From NCBI GenBank assembly GCA_963668645.2, contig CAXXWC010000010.1, forward strand, positions 224,001 through 288,000: a stretch of DNA of 64,000 nt, in the 5' to 3' direction. Positions 17,695 through 26,466 of the stretch are shown piece by piece; positions within the stretch are counted from its first letter, which is position 1; each line of letters begins with the position of its first letter. Source of the stretch: Desulfobacterales bacterium (lineage in GTDB: Bacteria > Desulfobacterota > Desulfobacteria > Desulfobacterales > UBA2174). Made by a program: the position numbers and the translations under genes. Under the pieces are notes generated by a model. The model saw only the letters and a program-made list of their open reading frames with translations. It was not told the origin of the DNA and ran no database searches.

Positions 17695-18447
17695 CTATTT
17701 ATCGGCAGGCAGACGGAAGCGCCAGGCGCAGAACCAATGGTCCGGATGGGGATCGGGCGGGCAGCCGATGCACTCGGTGACGATGCGGCTGTCGATGGCG
17801 CGGGCGAACTCGCTGTACTCGACCAAACCGCCCGATTTGCAAGGATAATCGTCCAGTCCCTTGCGCTTGCGGGCGGCCTGGACCCGGCACTGGTTCATCT
17901 GAAACACGAAGCTGTCCGGCTCTTCTTCCACGATGGACTGGGTGTTGATCACCGCGTAAAGCCTGAATCCAAGCGCCTGCTTGAGCCCTTCCAGGCCCGG
18001 CTGGGCTGAAAGACCGAGAAAGCGGCGAATCGACCAGGCCTCAACCGGCGAAAACCGCGACCAGCAGGAATCATTGCAGCGCTTGGCATCGTTCATGCCG
18101 CTGGAAAATTCCACCGCCTGAAACCAGACCCCGTCATTGGCCAGCCAGTTGACCGACACGGCATCGAGCAGGGCGCGAAGCTGTTCTGCGGACATCTGTT
18201 TCAACGGTGCCGGCACCCCGTCGACCATTTCGATGCCCAAGACATTGGCCAGGCGTTTGAGCTGGATCGCAACACTGCGCTGTGAGGCCTTGTCCAGGGC
18301 CTCCATGGCCCTGGCGGTCCCCATCTGGTGGCGCACCTCGTTGAACCACAACCCATAATGCAGCACGATGCGATGGAGAAAATCGCCGATCAGCCTGAGC
18401 GTCTCCTCTTCGTTGAGTTCGTCGATGCCCAAGGGTTTGCCGGTCAT
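17695..18447 (-). CDS. DUF6125-like Cys-rich protein
   Basis: Repeated HYGLWF/NDGVWF helices and CRVQAARKRKG...PCK...CIGCPPD...CAWRF. Confidence 0.7.
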   Translation of the reverse strand: MTGKPLGIDELNEEETLRLIGDFLHRIVLHYGLWFNEVRHQMGTARAMEALDKASQRSVAIQLKRLANVLGIEMVDGVPAPLKQMSAEQLRALLDAVSVNWLANDGVWFQAVEFSSGMNDAKRCNDSCWSRFSPVEAWSIRRFLGLSAQPGLEGLKQALGFRLYAVINTQSIVEEEPDSFVFQMNQCRVQAARKRKGLDDYPCKSGGLVEYSEFARAIDSRIVTECIGCPPDPHPDHWFCAWRFRLPADK

Positions 18448-18511
18448 TTCACCTTCCTTTCTTTAATGGGCGTGAATTGGGAACAGGGCGCAAAAAAAGA
18501 CAAGATTGCGC

Positions 18512-19159
18512 TCATGCCTGGTAGAGCACGGCCAGGATGGTCGCCTGGTCCCGGGCCGCGGTAATCAGGTGCGGGGTCGTGGACAGGTAGTAAGCGCTGT
18601 CGCCCGGTTCAAGCTCAAAGCGTTCGCCGCCGATTTCCAGCAGCACAGCCCCCTCCAGCACGTATACGAACTCTTCGCCCTCGTGGACCGAACGGCTCTG
18701 GTCCGGATTGGAATCCAGGTGTACCACCAGCGCCTCCATGTGACGGCCCTGGACTTCCGGGGCCAGGCTCATATAGGTGTAGGCTTGGCGGGCCCCCTTG
18801 CGCCGGGTCGACCGGCTGACGATCTTGCGTTCGTCTTTGCGGGTGATGGCGTAAAGGCGGTCTCCCACCCCGGACACCAGCCGCCCGAAGGCCCCCTCGA
18901 GGGCCTTTGACAGGCGCATCAGGGTCCCGAGCTGGGCCTGGACCTGCCCGGTCTCGATCTGTTTGAGCAGCTCCACCTCGAACCCGGTCATGCTGGACAA
19001 GGTTTCGAGGGAAACCCCCTTTTCCTCGCGCAGGGTCTGGATCCGTTTGCCGATATCCAGCGGGGAAACGCTGCCGGTCTTGGGGTGATGGATTTCCCCG
19101 GTCAGATCCTCGAAAAAATCGACGTTGATATACGGTTTGGACGTGTCTTGGTCGGCCAT
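18512..19159 (-). CDS. XRE-HTH + cupin transcriptional regulator
   Basis: N-terminal HTH; cupin HEGEEFVYVLEG...PH. Confidence 0.9.
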   Translation of the reverse strand: MADQDTSKPYINVDFFEDLTGEIHHPKTGSVSPLDIGKRIQTLREEKGVSLETLSSMTGFEVELLKQIETGQVQAQLGTLMRLSKALEGAFGRLVSGVGDRLYAITRKDERKIVSRSTRRKGARQAYTYMSLAPEVQGRHMEALVVHLDSNPDQSRSVHEGEEFVYVLEGAVLLEIGGERFELEPGDSAYYLSTTPHLITAARDQATILAVLYQA

Positions 19160-19204
19160 CTCAGCCCCCTCGTCGTCTTAGGCTTGGGTTGATGTCGTCT
19201 CGGT

Positions 19205-20371
19205 TCACGGCCGGCAGCACTCGGGCAGCACCGCCTCAGGGCACCAATCGTCCGGAAATTTCTGCCCCTGGGTTTCGCCGAGTTTGGCCTTGAGTTTCTT
19301 GAGACCGGGCCGGGCGAATTCCATGTGGCCTTCCTTCAGGGTGCGTCCGTTGATGATCGCCTCACTGCGCAAGCGCTTGCCCGAGGTCCGTTCAAGCTGG
19401 CGGCCCAGCCACAGCACCCGGTCGACGTCGTAGCCGTGGGCGATGCCCATCTCGTCGATTTGTACCAGCAAATCTTCAAGACATACAAGCCCCACGTAGC
19501 GTGGGTCCTTATAATAATAGTCGCCGGTGCCCGGGACCGGGCAGTCGTCGAGAAAGTTGGCCGGCTGCCCGCCCAGCCCGCCCAGGGTGGCCTCGAAGTG
19601 GGTGATCCCCGCCTGCAGCGCCGCCAGCACCGAAGCGCTGGCCACCCGCTTGGTCTCGTGGAAATGGGCGATGTGCAGGCGCGTATCCGGCATGGCGTCC
19701 AGGACCATGGAAAAATACCGGTAGACTTCAGGGGCCGAGGCGCTGCCGTCATGATCGGCGTGCTCGATGTCGCTGGCCCCGATCTCCAGCCAGCGCTTGG
19801 TGAACTCCACCGCGTCCTTCAAGGCGGTGGCCCCGGCGATGGGGCTGCCCCAGATAGTGCTCACCGTGCCGCACATCTTCAATCCGGCATCGGCGCACTT
19901 GCGGCAGCAGCGTTCGGCCTCGCGCCAGTAGTCGGGCAGCGTGGTTCCGGAATTGGCGAAGTGGTGCTCCTCCTCGGTAGAGACCATCATCAGGCAGCGG
20001 TCCGGCCCGACCCCCTGCTGTTTCAAGGCGATGGCCTGGTCCACGGCCCGCTCGCGGATGGTAACGGCCGTGATCGTGATCTCGTCGTAGTCGATGCCGC
20101 GCTTGGCGCAGCTGCTTTTGAAGCGTTCGCTGCGCAGCTGTTGCAGCACCTCCCGGGCATCTGAAAACTGGGGCATGAGATAGGGGTTGCCCAGGTTGGT
20201 GACCTCGATGTCGCGGCAGCCGGCGTAGATCATCTCCTGGGCGTAAAAAACCTTGGCCCGGGTGGAGACGAACTTTTCAAGGTGCTGGAATCCGTCGCGC
20301 ACCGTGATGTCGCCGATGGTCACTTTGCGCGGCAGGCGCGGAAAAATTTCCCAGTAGTCGTATTCGGTCAT
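19205..20371 (-). CDS. HMG-CoA lyase-like DRE-TIM metallolyase
   Basis: VRDGFQ, HFHET, GGLGGQP; within an acyl-CoA operon. Confidence 0.82.
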   Translation of the reverse strand: MTEYDYWEIFPRLPRKVTIGDITVRDGFQHLEKFVSTRAKVFYAQEMIYAGCRDIEVTNLGNPYLMPQFSDAREVLQQLRSERFKSSCAKRGIDYDEITITAVTIRERAVDQAIALKQQGVGPDRCLMMVSTEEEHHFANSGTTLPDYWREAERCCRKCADAGLKMCGTVSTIWGSPIAGATALKDAVEFTKRWLEIGASDIEHADHDGSASAPEVYRYFSMVLDAMPDTRLHIAHFHETKRVASASVLAALQAGITHFEATLGGLGGQPANFLDDCPVPGTGDYYYKDPRYVGLVCLEDLLVQIDEMGIAHGYDVDRVLWLGRQLERTSGKRLRSEAIINGRTLKEGHMEFARPGLKKLKAKLGETQGQKFPDDWCPEAVLPECCRP

Positions 20372-20381
20372 AAACGCCTCC

Positions 20382-21164
20382 TTATTTTCCCTTATAAACC
20401 GGCTTGCGCTTCTCGCGAAAAGCCGCCAGCCCTTCGAGGCGGTCTTCGGTGGGAATGGTCACCCAGTAGGCGGCCGACTCGATGGCCAACCCGGTGCCCA
20501 GATCGGTTTCCATCCCATGATTGATGGCGTACTTGGCCTGGGACACGGCGATGGGGCCGGCCTGGCAGATCTCGGCGGCCAGGGCCAGGGATGCATCGAG
20601 CAGCTCTTGGGCCGGGCAAACCTGATTGACCAGGCCGATTTCCAGGGCCCGGGCCGCATCGATGCGCCGGCCGGTGAAGATCAATTCCTTGGCCTTGCCC
20701 TTGCCCACCAGCCGCGGCAGCCGCTGGGTGCCGCCGGCCCCGGGGATGATGGCCAGGCGGGTCTCGGTGAGCCCCAGGGTGGCCGAATTGGCCGCGATGC
20801 GCAGATCGGATGCCAGGGCCAGCTCGGTCCCGCCGCCCAGGGCCACCCCGTTGACGGCGGCGATCACCGGCTGGGGAAGCTGCTCGATCTCGGAAAACAG
20901 ATTGCGGATGGTGTGGATAAAAGCCCGCACCTGGGAGGGGGGCAGGCCGGCCCGCTCCTTGAGATCGGCGCCGGCGCAAAAGGCCCGCTCACCGGCGCCG
21001 GTGATGATCACCACCCGCACCTGGTCGTCGAAGCGGACCTGGTCCACGGCCTCTTTCAGCGCGCGGAGCATCTCGAAGTTGAGGCTGTTCATGGCCTGGG
21101 GCCGGTTAAGGGTCCAGACGGCCACCCGGTCCTCGATGTGGGTCAGCAGTACCGATTCACTCAT
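20382..21164 (-). CDS. Enoyl-CoA hydratase (methylglutaconyl-CoA hydratase-like)
   Basis: FCAGADLKER, ALGGGTE, ETRLAIIPGAGGTQRL. Confidence 0.92.
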   Translation of the reverse strand: MSESVLLTHIEDRVAVWTLNRPQAMNSLNFEMLRALKEAVDQVRFDDQVRVVIITGAGERAFCAGADLKERAGLPPSQVRAFIHTIRNLFSEIEQLPQPVIAAVNGVALGGGTELALASDLRIAANSATLGLTETRLAIIPGAGGTQRLPRLVGKGKAKELIFTGRRIDAARALEIGLVNQVCPAQELLDASLALAAEICQAGPIAVSQAKYAINHGMETDLGTGLAIESAAYWVTIPTEDRLEGLAAFREKRKPVYKGK

Positions 21165-21188
21165 AACAGATCTCCTTTACGTCGCGGT

Positions 21189-22340
21189 CTAGCAGCCGAT
21201 GTGGCGCGAGATCACGATGCGCTGGACTTCGCTGGTCCCCTCGCCGATGTCGAGCAGCTTCTGGTCGCGGTAGAAGCGTTCCACGTCGTACTCCTTCATC
21301 AACCCGTAGCCGCCGTGGATCTGGACGGCATGGTCGGCCACCCGGCCCATCAATTCCGAGCAGTAGAGCTTGGCCATGGCAGCCTGCAGCTCGAAGGGGC
21401 GTCGGCGATCGCGCAGCCAGCAGGCCTTGTAGAGCAGGTTGCGGCCGCACTCGATCTCCATGGCGCAGTCGGCCAGCTTAAAGGCCACGGCCTGAAACTT
21501 GCTGATGGGCTGGCCGAACTGGTGGCGCTGCCGGGCGTACTGCAAGCCCTTTTCATAGGCCCCCTGGGCCCCGCCGAGTCCCATGGCGCCGATGGAAAGC
21601 CGGCCGCCGTCCAGAGTTTTGAGCATCTGTTTGAATCCGTCGCCGATCTTGCCGAGAATGTTTGCCTCGGACACGCGCACATCGTCGAAGTACAGCTCGG
21701 CGGTGCTCGAAGAGCGCCACATCATCTTGCCCTTCATGGGCACGGCCTTGAATCCGGGGGTGCCGTGTTCGACGATAAAACAGGTGTATTCAGGCTTGCC
21801 GTTGGGCAGCCGTCCGGTGACGGCCTGGACCGTTACCCCCAGGGACAATTCACAGGCCGCATTGGTGATAAAGATCTTCGAGCCGTTGATGACCCACTGG
21901 TTGCCGTCGCGCACCGCGGTGGTCTTGCTGCCGCCGGCGTCGGATCCGGCCGTGGGTTCGGTCAGGCCGAAGCCCCACAGGGCCTCGCCGGTGCACAGTT
22001 TCGGCAGGTAGCGCTGTTTTTGTTCCTCGCTGCCGAAATAGTACAGCGGGCCAATTCCCAGCGAATTGCCAGCAGCGATGGTGGCCGCCTGGGAGCCGTC
22101 CACGCGGGCGATCTCTTCTACCGCGATGATGTAAGCCAGATAATCCATGCCCTGACCGCCGTAAGCCTCGCCGACGAACATGCCGAACAGCCCGATCTCT
22201 CCCATCTTGCGGGTCAATTCAGCCGAAAAGGCCTCCTGTTCGTCCAAGTCCCTGGCCAGAGGTGCGATCTCGCTCTGGGCGAACTTGCGCACCTCGCGAC
22301 GGATCATCTCCTGCTCCTTGGTCAGATCGAAGTCCACCAT
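21189..22340 (-). CDS. Acyl-CoA dehydrogenase
   Basis: GLTEPTAGSD, NGSKIFIT, QIHGGYG, IGEGTSE. Confidence 0.95.
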   Translation of the reverse strand: MVDFDLTKEQEMIRREVRKFAQSEIAPLARDLDEQEAFSAELTRKMGEIGLFGMFVGEAYGGQGMDYLAYIIAVEEIARVDGSQAATIAAGNSLGIGPLYYFGSEEQKQRYLPKLCTGEALWGFGLTEPTAGSDAGGSKTTAVRDGNQWVINGSKIFITNAACELSLGVTVQAVTGRLPNGKPEYTCFIVEHGTPGFKAVPMKGKMMWRSSSTAELYFDDVRVSEANILGKIGDGFKQMLKTLDGGRLSIGAMGLGGAQGAYEKGLQYARQRHQFGQPISKFQAVAFKLADCAMEIECGRNLLYKACWLRDRRRPFELQAAMAKLYCSELMGRVADHAVQIHGGYGLMKEYDVERFYRDQKLLDIGEGTSEVQRIVISRHIGC

Positions 22341-22349
22341 GCCCTCCTT

Positions 22350-22967
22350 TCAAAGTGCCGAATGCGAAAGTTTCCCGTCTGCCGGGCGTAAAAGGCGGTC
22401 ACACCCTTTCAGGCCGCTGATGATAAAGTCTTCGTAAATGGTTGCGATCTGTTCCACCGTCAGGCGGCCTTCGGGCTTGAACCAGGAAGCCCCGGCCGTG
22501 CAGAGGGTCAAAATGGCATAGGAAAGGATCTTCACATCCCCGGAGGCAAAGACCTTGCCGGCCTGGCCTTCGGCGATCAAATCCTGAAAGATTTTCTCGT
22601 AAGCATCGCGCCGGGCCACGATGGCACCTATGTGCTCGGCGGTCAGCCCCCGCAGCTCGCTGTTGGCGATAAAGGTCTCTTTCTGGCGCCGCAGGTGAAA
22701 CTGGACATGGCCGCGCACCGCGGCGCGCATACGCGCCTCGAGGCCCTCGCTGCCGTCAAGACTGGCCTGCAGATGGGCCATCAGTTCGTCCATGGTCACC
22801 CGCAGGATATGAAACAGGAGGGCTTCCTTGCTCGGATAGTGGTGGTAGAGACTGGCCTTGCGGATCCCGCTGCCGGTGGCGACCTCACTGATACTCGTGG
22901 CAAAGTATCCCTTGGCGTAAAAAAGATCGATGGCCACCTGGCGGATCGTATCCTTCATAGGGGACAT
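22350..22967 (-). CDS. TetR/AcrR family regulator
   Basis: LFYAKGYFATSISEVA...SLYHHYPSKE; likely start MSPMKD. Confidence 0.92.
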   Translation of the reverse strand: MSPMKDTIRQVAIDLFYAKGYFATSISEVATGSGIRKASLYHHYPSKEALLFHILRVTMDELMAHLQASLDGSEGLEARMRAAVRGHVQFHLRRQKETFIANSELRGLTAEHIGAIVARRDAYEKIFQDLIAEGQAGKVFASGDVKILSYAILTLCTAGASWFKPEGRLTVEQIATIYEDFIISGLKGCDRLLRPADGKLSHSAL

Positions 22968-23111
22968 GGGCACGCAATCCGGGAACAAATCTCCCCGATG
23001 AATCGGGGAGGCGTCAATAAATGAGAGTCTTTCGCTGGGGGAGTATAACCAACCGGCCGCCCGGTAGGGCTGCGCTACTATTTCATGCCGCCCATTGAAA
23101 GTCAAGCCCGT

Positions 23112-24773
23112 TCAAAAACAGATCGGATAGGCGGCCGGGCCGGGGTGCGAAGGCTTGCCGGCGGCCGGCCGGGTGCGAAACTGATCGAGATAATCCTCCT
23201 CCAGGGCCAGCGGCGTGGCGATCTGGGGATGGCTGCGGATTTCGGCCAGCAGAGCGTTCACGACCTGCGGATCGAATTGGGAACCAGCGCCGGCCTCGAG
23301 CCGGCCAAGCGCGCGGTCCAGGGTGACCGGCGCCATGTGCGGCCGGCCGGATAGCATGCAGTCCAGGGCGTCGCAGGCCGCCAGGATACGCGCGCCGCGG
23401 GGGATCTGCTCGCCTTGCAGACCGTCGGGGTACCCCCTGCCGTCGAAGCGCTCGTGGTGATGGCGCACCAGGGGCACCAGGTCCTGAAGATAGGTCAGGG
23501 GGCTGAGGATGCGGGCCCCGATCACCGGGTGCATCCGGATGATGTCCATCTGCGAGTTCGAAAGCCGTCCGAGCCGGCTCAGAATCCTGTCCTGCATGCC
23601 GATCTTGCCGATATCGTGGAGCAGGCCGGCCTGGTAGATCGTCTCGGCCTGGTGCGCCGGGATCCCCAACGCCTGGGCGCTGCGCCGGGCGTAGTAGGCC
23701 ACCTTGAGCGAATGGCCGTGGGTCACCGGGTCCTTGGCCTCCAGGGCCAGGGCCAGGCCTTCCACCGTCTGGCGAAAGGCGGTGAGCATCTTTTCGTCGT
23801 AGCGCAGGGCCTTGTGCAGGGCCACAGCCCCCTGTTCGGCCAGGGCCTGGAGAAACCGGGCCTCGCTGGCGGCCAGGTCCCGCTGCCGGCCGAAGTAAAC
23901 GGCCAGGACGCCGGCATAGGGGGCCACGATGGAGACCGGCACCCCCACCACGGTGCGCACCCGCTTTTTGCCGAGCCGCTCCAGGTTGGGAATGCGCGGG
24001 TCGTAGCGGGCGTCTCCGATCACCAGCGGACCGCCGGCCCCCAGGGGAAACAGGTTGACCAGGCTAGAATAGTCCGCGGCGGAAAGGCTCTCGTAGTCGA
24101 ATCCGCTGCTGACCCGGTCGCGGATCAGGCCCTGGTCCGCGTCCAGAATCCAGAAAATCACCCCCTTGGCATCCATCACGCCCCGGACCTGCTCGACGAT
24201 GGTGGCCAGGATGGTCTGCACATCCTGACCGGCATGGATGGCCTGCATGACCCGGCGGAAAGTGTCGAAGTAGCGGGTCTGGAGCAGGCTGCAGCGGATG
24301 GCGGCCGCCCCCTGGGATGCCACCGCATCCAGAAAGCGCACATCGTCGTCGTTGAGCAGGGCCGGATGGTCGAAGTAGATGCGCAGCACCATGCGCAGGT
24401 GACCGATCAATTCGAAGGGGAGGCTGACGATGGCCCTGATCCCCTCGGCGGCCGCCTCGAGCGGATACTGGACCCGGGGATCTGCGGCCACATCCCGGAT
24501 CACGATGGGCCCGTCCTCGAAGACTTCCGAGATTTCGTGGGCGGCCCGTACGCTGCCTTTTTCAAGGTAGCGCGCGCTGAGCCCCCAGGCGGCCCGCAGG
24601 CGCAGTTCGCCGCTGGCCGGATCGAGCATGCGCAGCGTGCAGCCCTTGGCCCCGATGGCCTGGCCGATGCGCTGCACCATTAGTTCCAGGGCGGCGTCCA
24701 GATCCTCGCCGGACTGGATGGCGTTGCTCACTTCGGCAAAGACGCGAAAAAATCTGGCGGCTCGAGCATCCAT
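23112..24773 (-). CDS. Tandem GAF + HD-GYP phosphodiesterase
   Basis: Two GAF-like segments; LLHDIGK, HHERFDGRGYP, GSQFDP. Confidence 0.92.
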   Translation of the reverse strand: MDARAARFFRVFAEVSNAIQSGEDLDAALELMVQRIGQAIGAKGCTLRMLDPASGELRLRAAWGLSARYLEKGSVRAAHEISEVFEDGPIVIRDVAADPRVQYPLEAAAEGIRAIVSLPFELIGHLRMVLRIYFDHPALLNDDDVRFLDAVASQGAAAIRCSLLQTRYFDTFRRVMQAIHAGQDVQTILATIVEQVRGVMDAKGVIFWILDADQGLIRDRVSSGFDYESLSAADYSSLVNLFPLGAGGPLVIGDARYDPRIPNLERLGKKRVRTVVGVPVSIVAPYAGVLAVYFGRQRDLAASEARFLQALAEQGAVALHKALRYDEKMLTAFRQTVEGLALALEAKDPVTHGHSLKVAYYARRSAQALGIPAHQAETIYQAGLLHDIGKIGMQDRILSRLGRLSNSQMDIIRMHPVIGARILSPLTYLQDLVPLVRHHHERFDGRGYPDGLQGEQIPRGARILAACDALDCMLSGRPHMAPVTLDRALGRLEAGAGSQFDPQVVNALLAEIRSHPQIATPLALEEDYLDQFRTRPAAGKPSHPGPAAYPICF

Positions 24774-24877
24774 GTCAAAGCGCTCTCGGCTTTCAGAGGA
24801 TCACCAAACAACACTCCGGGTGACGGCCGAAACACTGCGCCGTCACCTGCTTAAAGCGGCAAAAGCTCAGCTGCCGG

Positions 24878-25654
24878 TCAGCGTCCGCGCCAGTTGGGCG
24901 TTCTTTTCTCGGCAAAGGCCGCCAACCCTTCCATGGCGTCCTCGGTGCTGCACAGGGCCGCAAACATCTCCCCGAGGTAATCCAGGGACTGATGGTAGGG
25001 CAGATCGCTCATGGCGTAGATCCCCTGCTTGCCGACTTGCAGGGCCAGGGGGCTTTTGGCAGCCAGCCTGGCCGCCAGGGCCATGGCCTCGGCCTCGACC
25101 TGATCGGCCGGCACCACCTTGTTGACCAGCCCGAGCCGTTCAGCCTCGGCCGCGGGAAGCATCTCACCGCCCAGAACCATTTCGAGGGTCTTCTTGCGCC
25201 CCACCAGGCGGGCCAGGGGCACGGCCGGCCCCAGGCAGATCAACCCGACGTTGATCGCCGTGGTGCCGAACTTGGCGTTGTCGGCGGCCACGGCCAGATC
25301 GCAGGCGAACACCAACCCGGCGCCGTTGGCGATGGCATAGCCGTTGACCGCCGCGATCACCGGCTTTTTCATCCGGGCGATGGTATGGTTGTGGGCATCC
25401 ATCTGCTCGATGAGGCTGCGGTATTCGGCATGGGTCTTACCCTTGAATTCTTCCAGGGCGATACCCACCGAAAAGTGTTTGCCGGCGGCCCGGATCACCA
25501 CCACCCGCACCGCTTCGTCCCCGTCCAGGTCGCACAGGGCCTGGTTGAGCTGCCGGGCGAAGGCAACGGTAAAGGTGTTCATCTGCTCGGGGCGGTTGAG
25601 GGTGATGATGCCGATCCGGTCCCTGGTTTCCACGAGAATTGGGTTCTCCGTCAT
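24878..25654 (-). CDS. Enoyl-CoA hydratase/isomerase family protein
   Basis: ITLNRPEQMN, KPVIAAVNGYAIANG, AFAEKR; AAGGAGG RBS before MTENP. Confidence 0.9.
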   Translation of the reverse strand: MTENPILVETRDRIGIITLNRPEQMNTFTVAFARQLNQALCDLDGDEAVRVVVIRAAGKHFSVGIALEEFKGKTHAEYRSLIEQMDAHNHTIARMKKPVIAAVNGYAIANGAGLVFACDLAVAADNAKFGTTAINVGLICLGPAVPLARLVGRKKTLEMVLGGEMLPAAEAERLGLVNKVVPADQVEAEAMALAARLAAKSPLALQVGKQGIYAMSDLPYHQSLDYLGEMFAALCSTEDAMEGLAAFAEKRTPNWRGR

Positions 25655-25765
25655 GAGTGCCTCCTTGGAGATAGTTGGGTTCACCGATAAAAATCGTCTC
25701 GGACCCGTCAGACCTGCCGGCCCTGTCCGGCCTTTTTTCTTTGGCCAGCGCGTCCTCGGCGCCAT

Positions 25766-26326
25766 TCACAGCCAGAGGTAGAGAAAACAGCCGATATAAA
25801 AAAGGGTAAAGATCCCCGCGGCGGCCATGCGCAGGTGGGAAAGCCCCGAAGCCCGGCGCACCGCCGGGTACTGGACCGCCAGGCCGTAGACCAGGGCGAT
25901 GACCAGATAGACAATCAGTGGTGCCTGGCGGTTGCCGCTCTGGAGCAGCGCCACGGCCGGAGCGGCCGGCCAGAGGGCCACGGCGGCCGCCCCCATGCTC
26001 AGGTAAAGGGGCAAAAACACCGGCGCCCCGCCGATGCCGCGGCAAAAAACCCATGTGAAAAGGGCCAGGCCGCCGTGCATCAAAAAGGCCACCGAGCCGC
26101 CGACCATCACCACCAGAACGGGGTTGAGAGTGGTCGTTCCGGGGGCCAGCCCGCGGGCCGCGAGCAGGCTTTGGCTGGCCCCAAGGGCGCTGGCCCCGTA
26201 CACCAGGCCCAGGGCCAGCACGTTGATCACCGCGTAGCGCAGCACCCGGCGGTCACGGGCCAGCTCACTCCACAACCCGTCGTCCAGCCTCAAGATCCGC
26301 AGCATATCGTCAAAGTAGCGCATCAT
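25766..26326 (-). CDS. YIP1-like integral membrane protein
   Basis: About five hydrophobic helices; co-oriented with neighbours. Confidence 0.6.
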   Translation of the reverse strand: MMRYFDDMLRILRLDDGLWSELARDRRVLRYAVINVLALGLVYGASALGASQSLLAARGLAPGTTTLNPVLVVMVGGSVAFLMHGGLALFTWVFCRGIGGAPVFLPLYLSMGAAAVALWPAAPAVALLQSGNRQAPLIVYLVIALVYGLAVQYPAVRRASGLSHLRMAAAGIFTLFYIGCFLYLWL

Positions 26327-26396
26327 TATCCTATACCAGATCCATCCCGGTCCAAGAAGCCCGCTGCAAAAACTTTAGCCGCTCTTTCGTGACGCC

Positions 26397-26420
26397 AAAG
26401 GGAGGCCGAAGCCTCCCTTT
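26397..26420 (-). terminator. Stem-loop terminator after the symporter gene
   Basis: AAAGGGAGGC-TTCG-GCCTCCCTTT (minus strand), perfect 10-bp stem with a cUUCGg loop. Confidence 0.7.
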
Positions 26421-26466
26421 TGGGTCGGAACCTGTCACATCAGATCATCGGTGATCAAAGCAGCAA

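Noticed and set aside
20517..22391. 624-aa plus-strand ORF
   Set aside because: Antisense shadow of the hydratase and acyl-CoA dehydrogenase genes, typical of high-GC codon bias.
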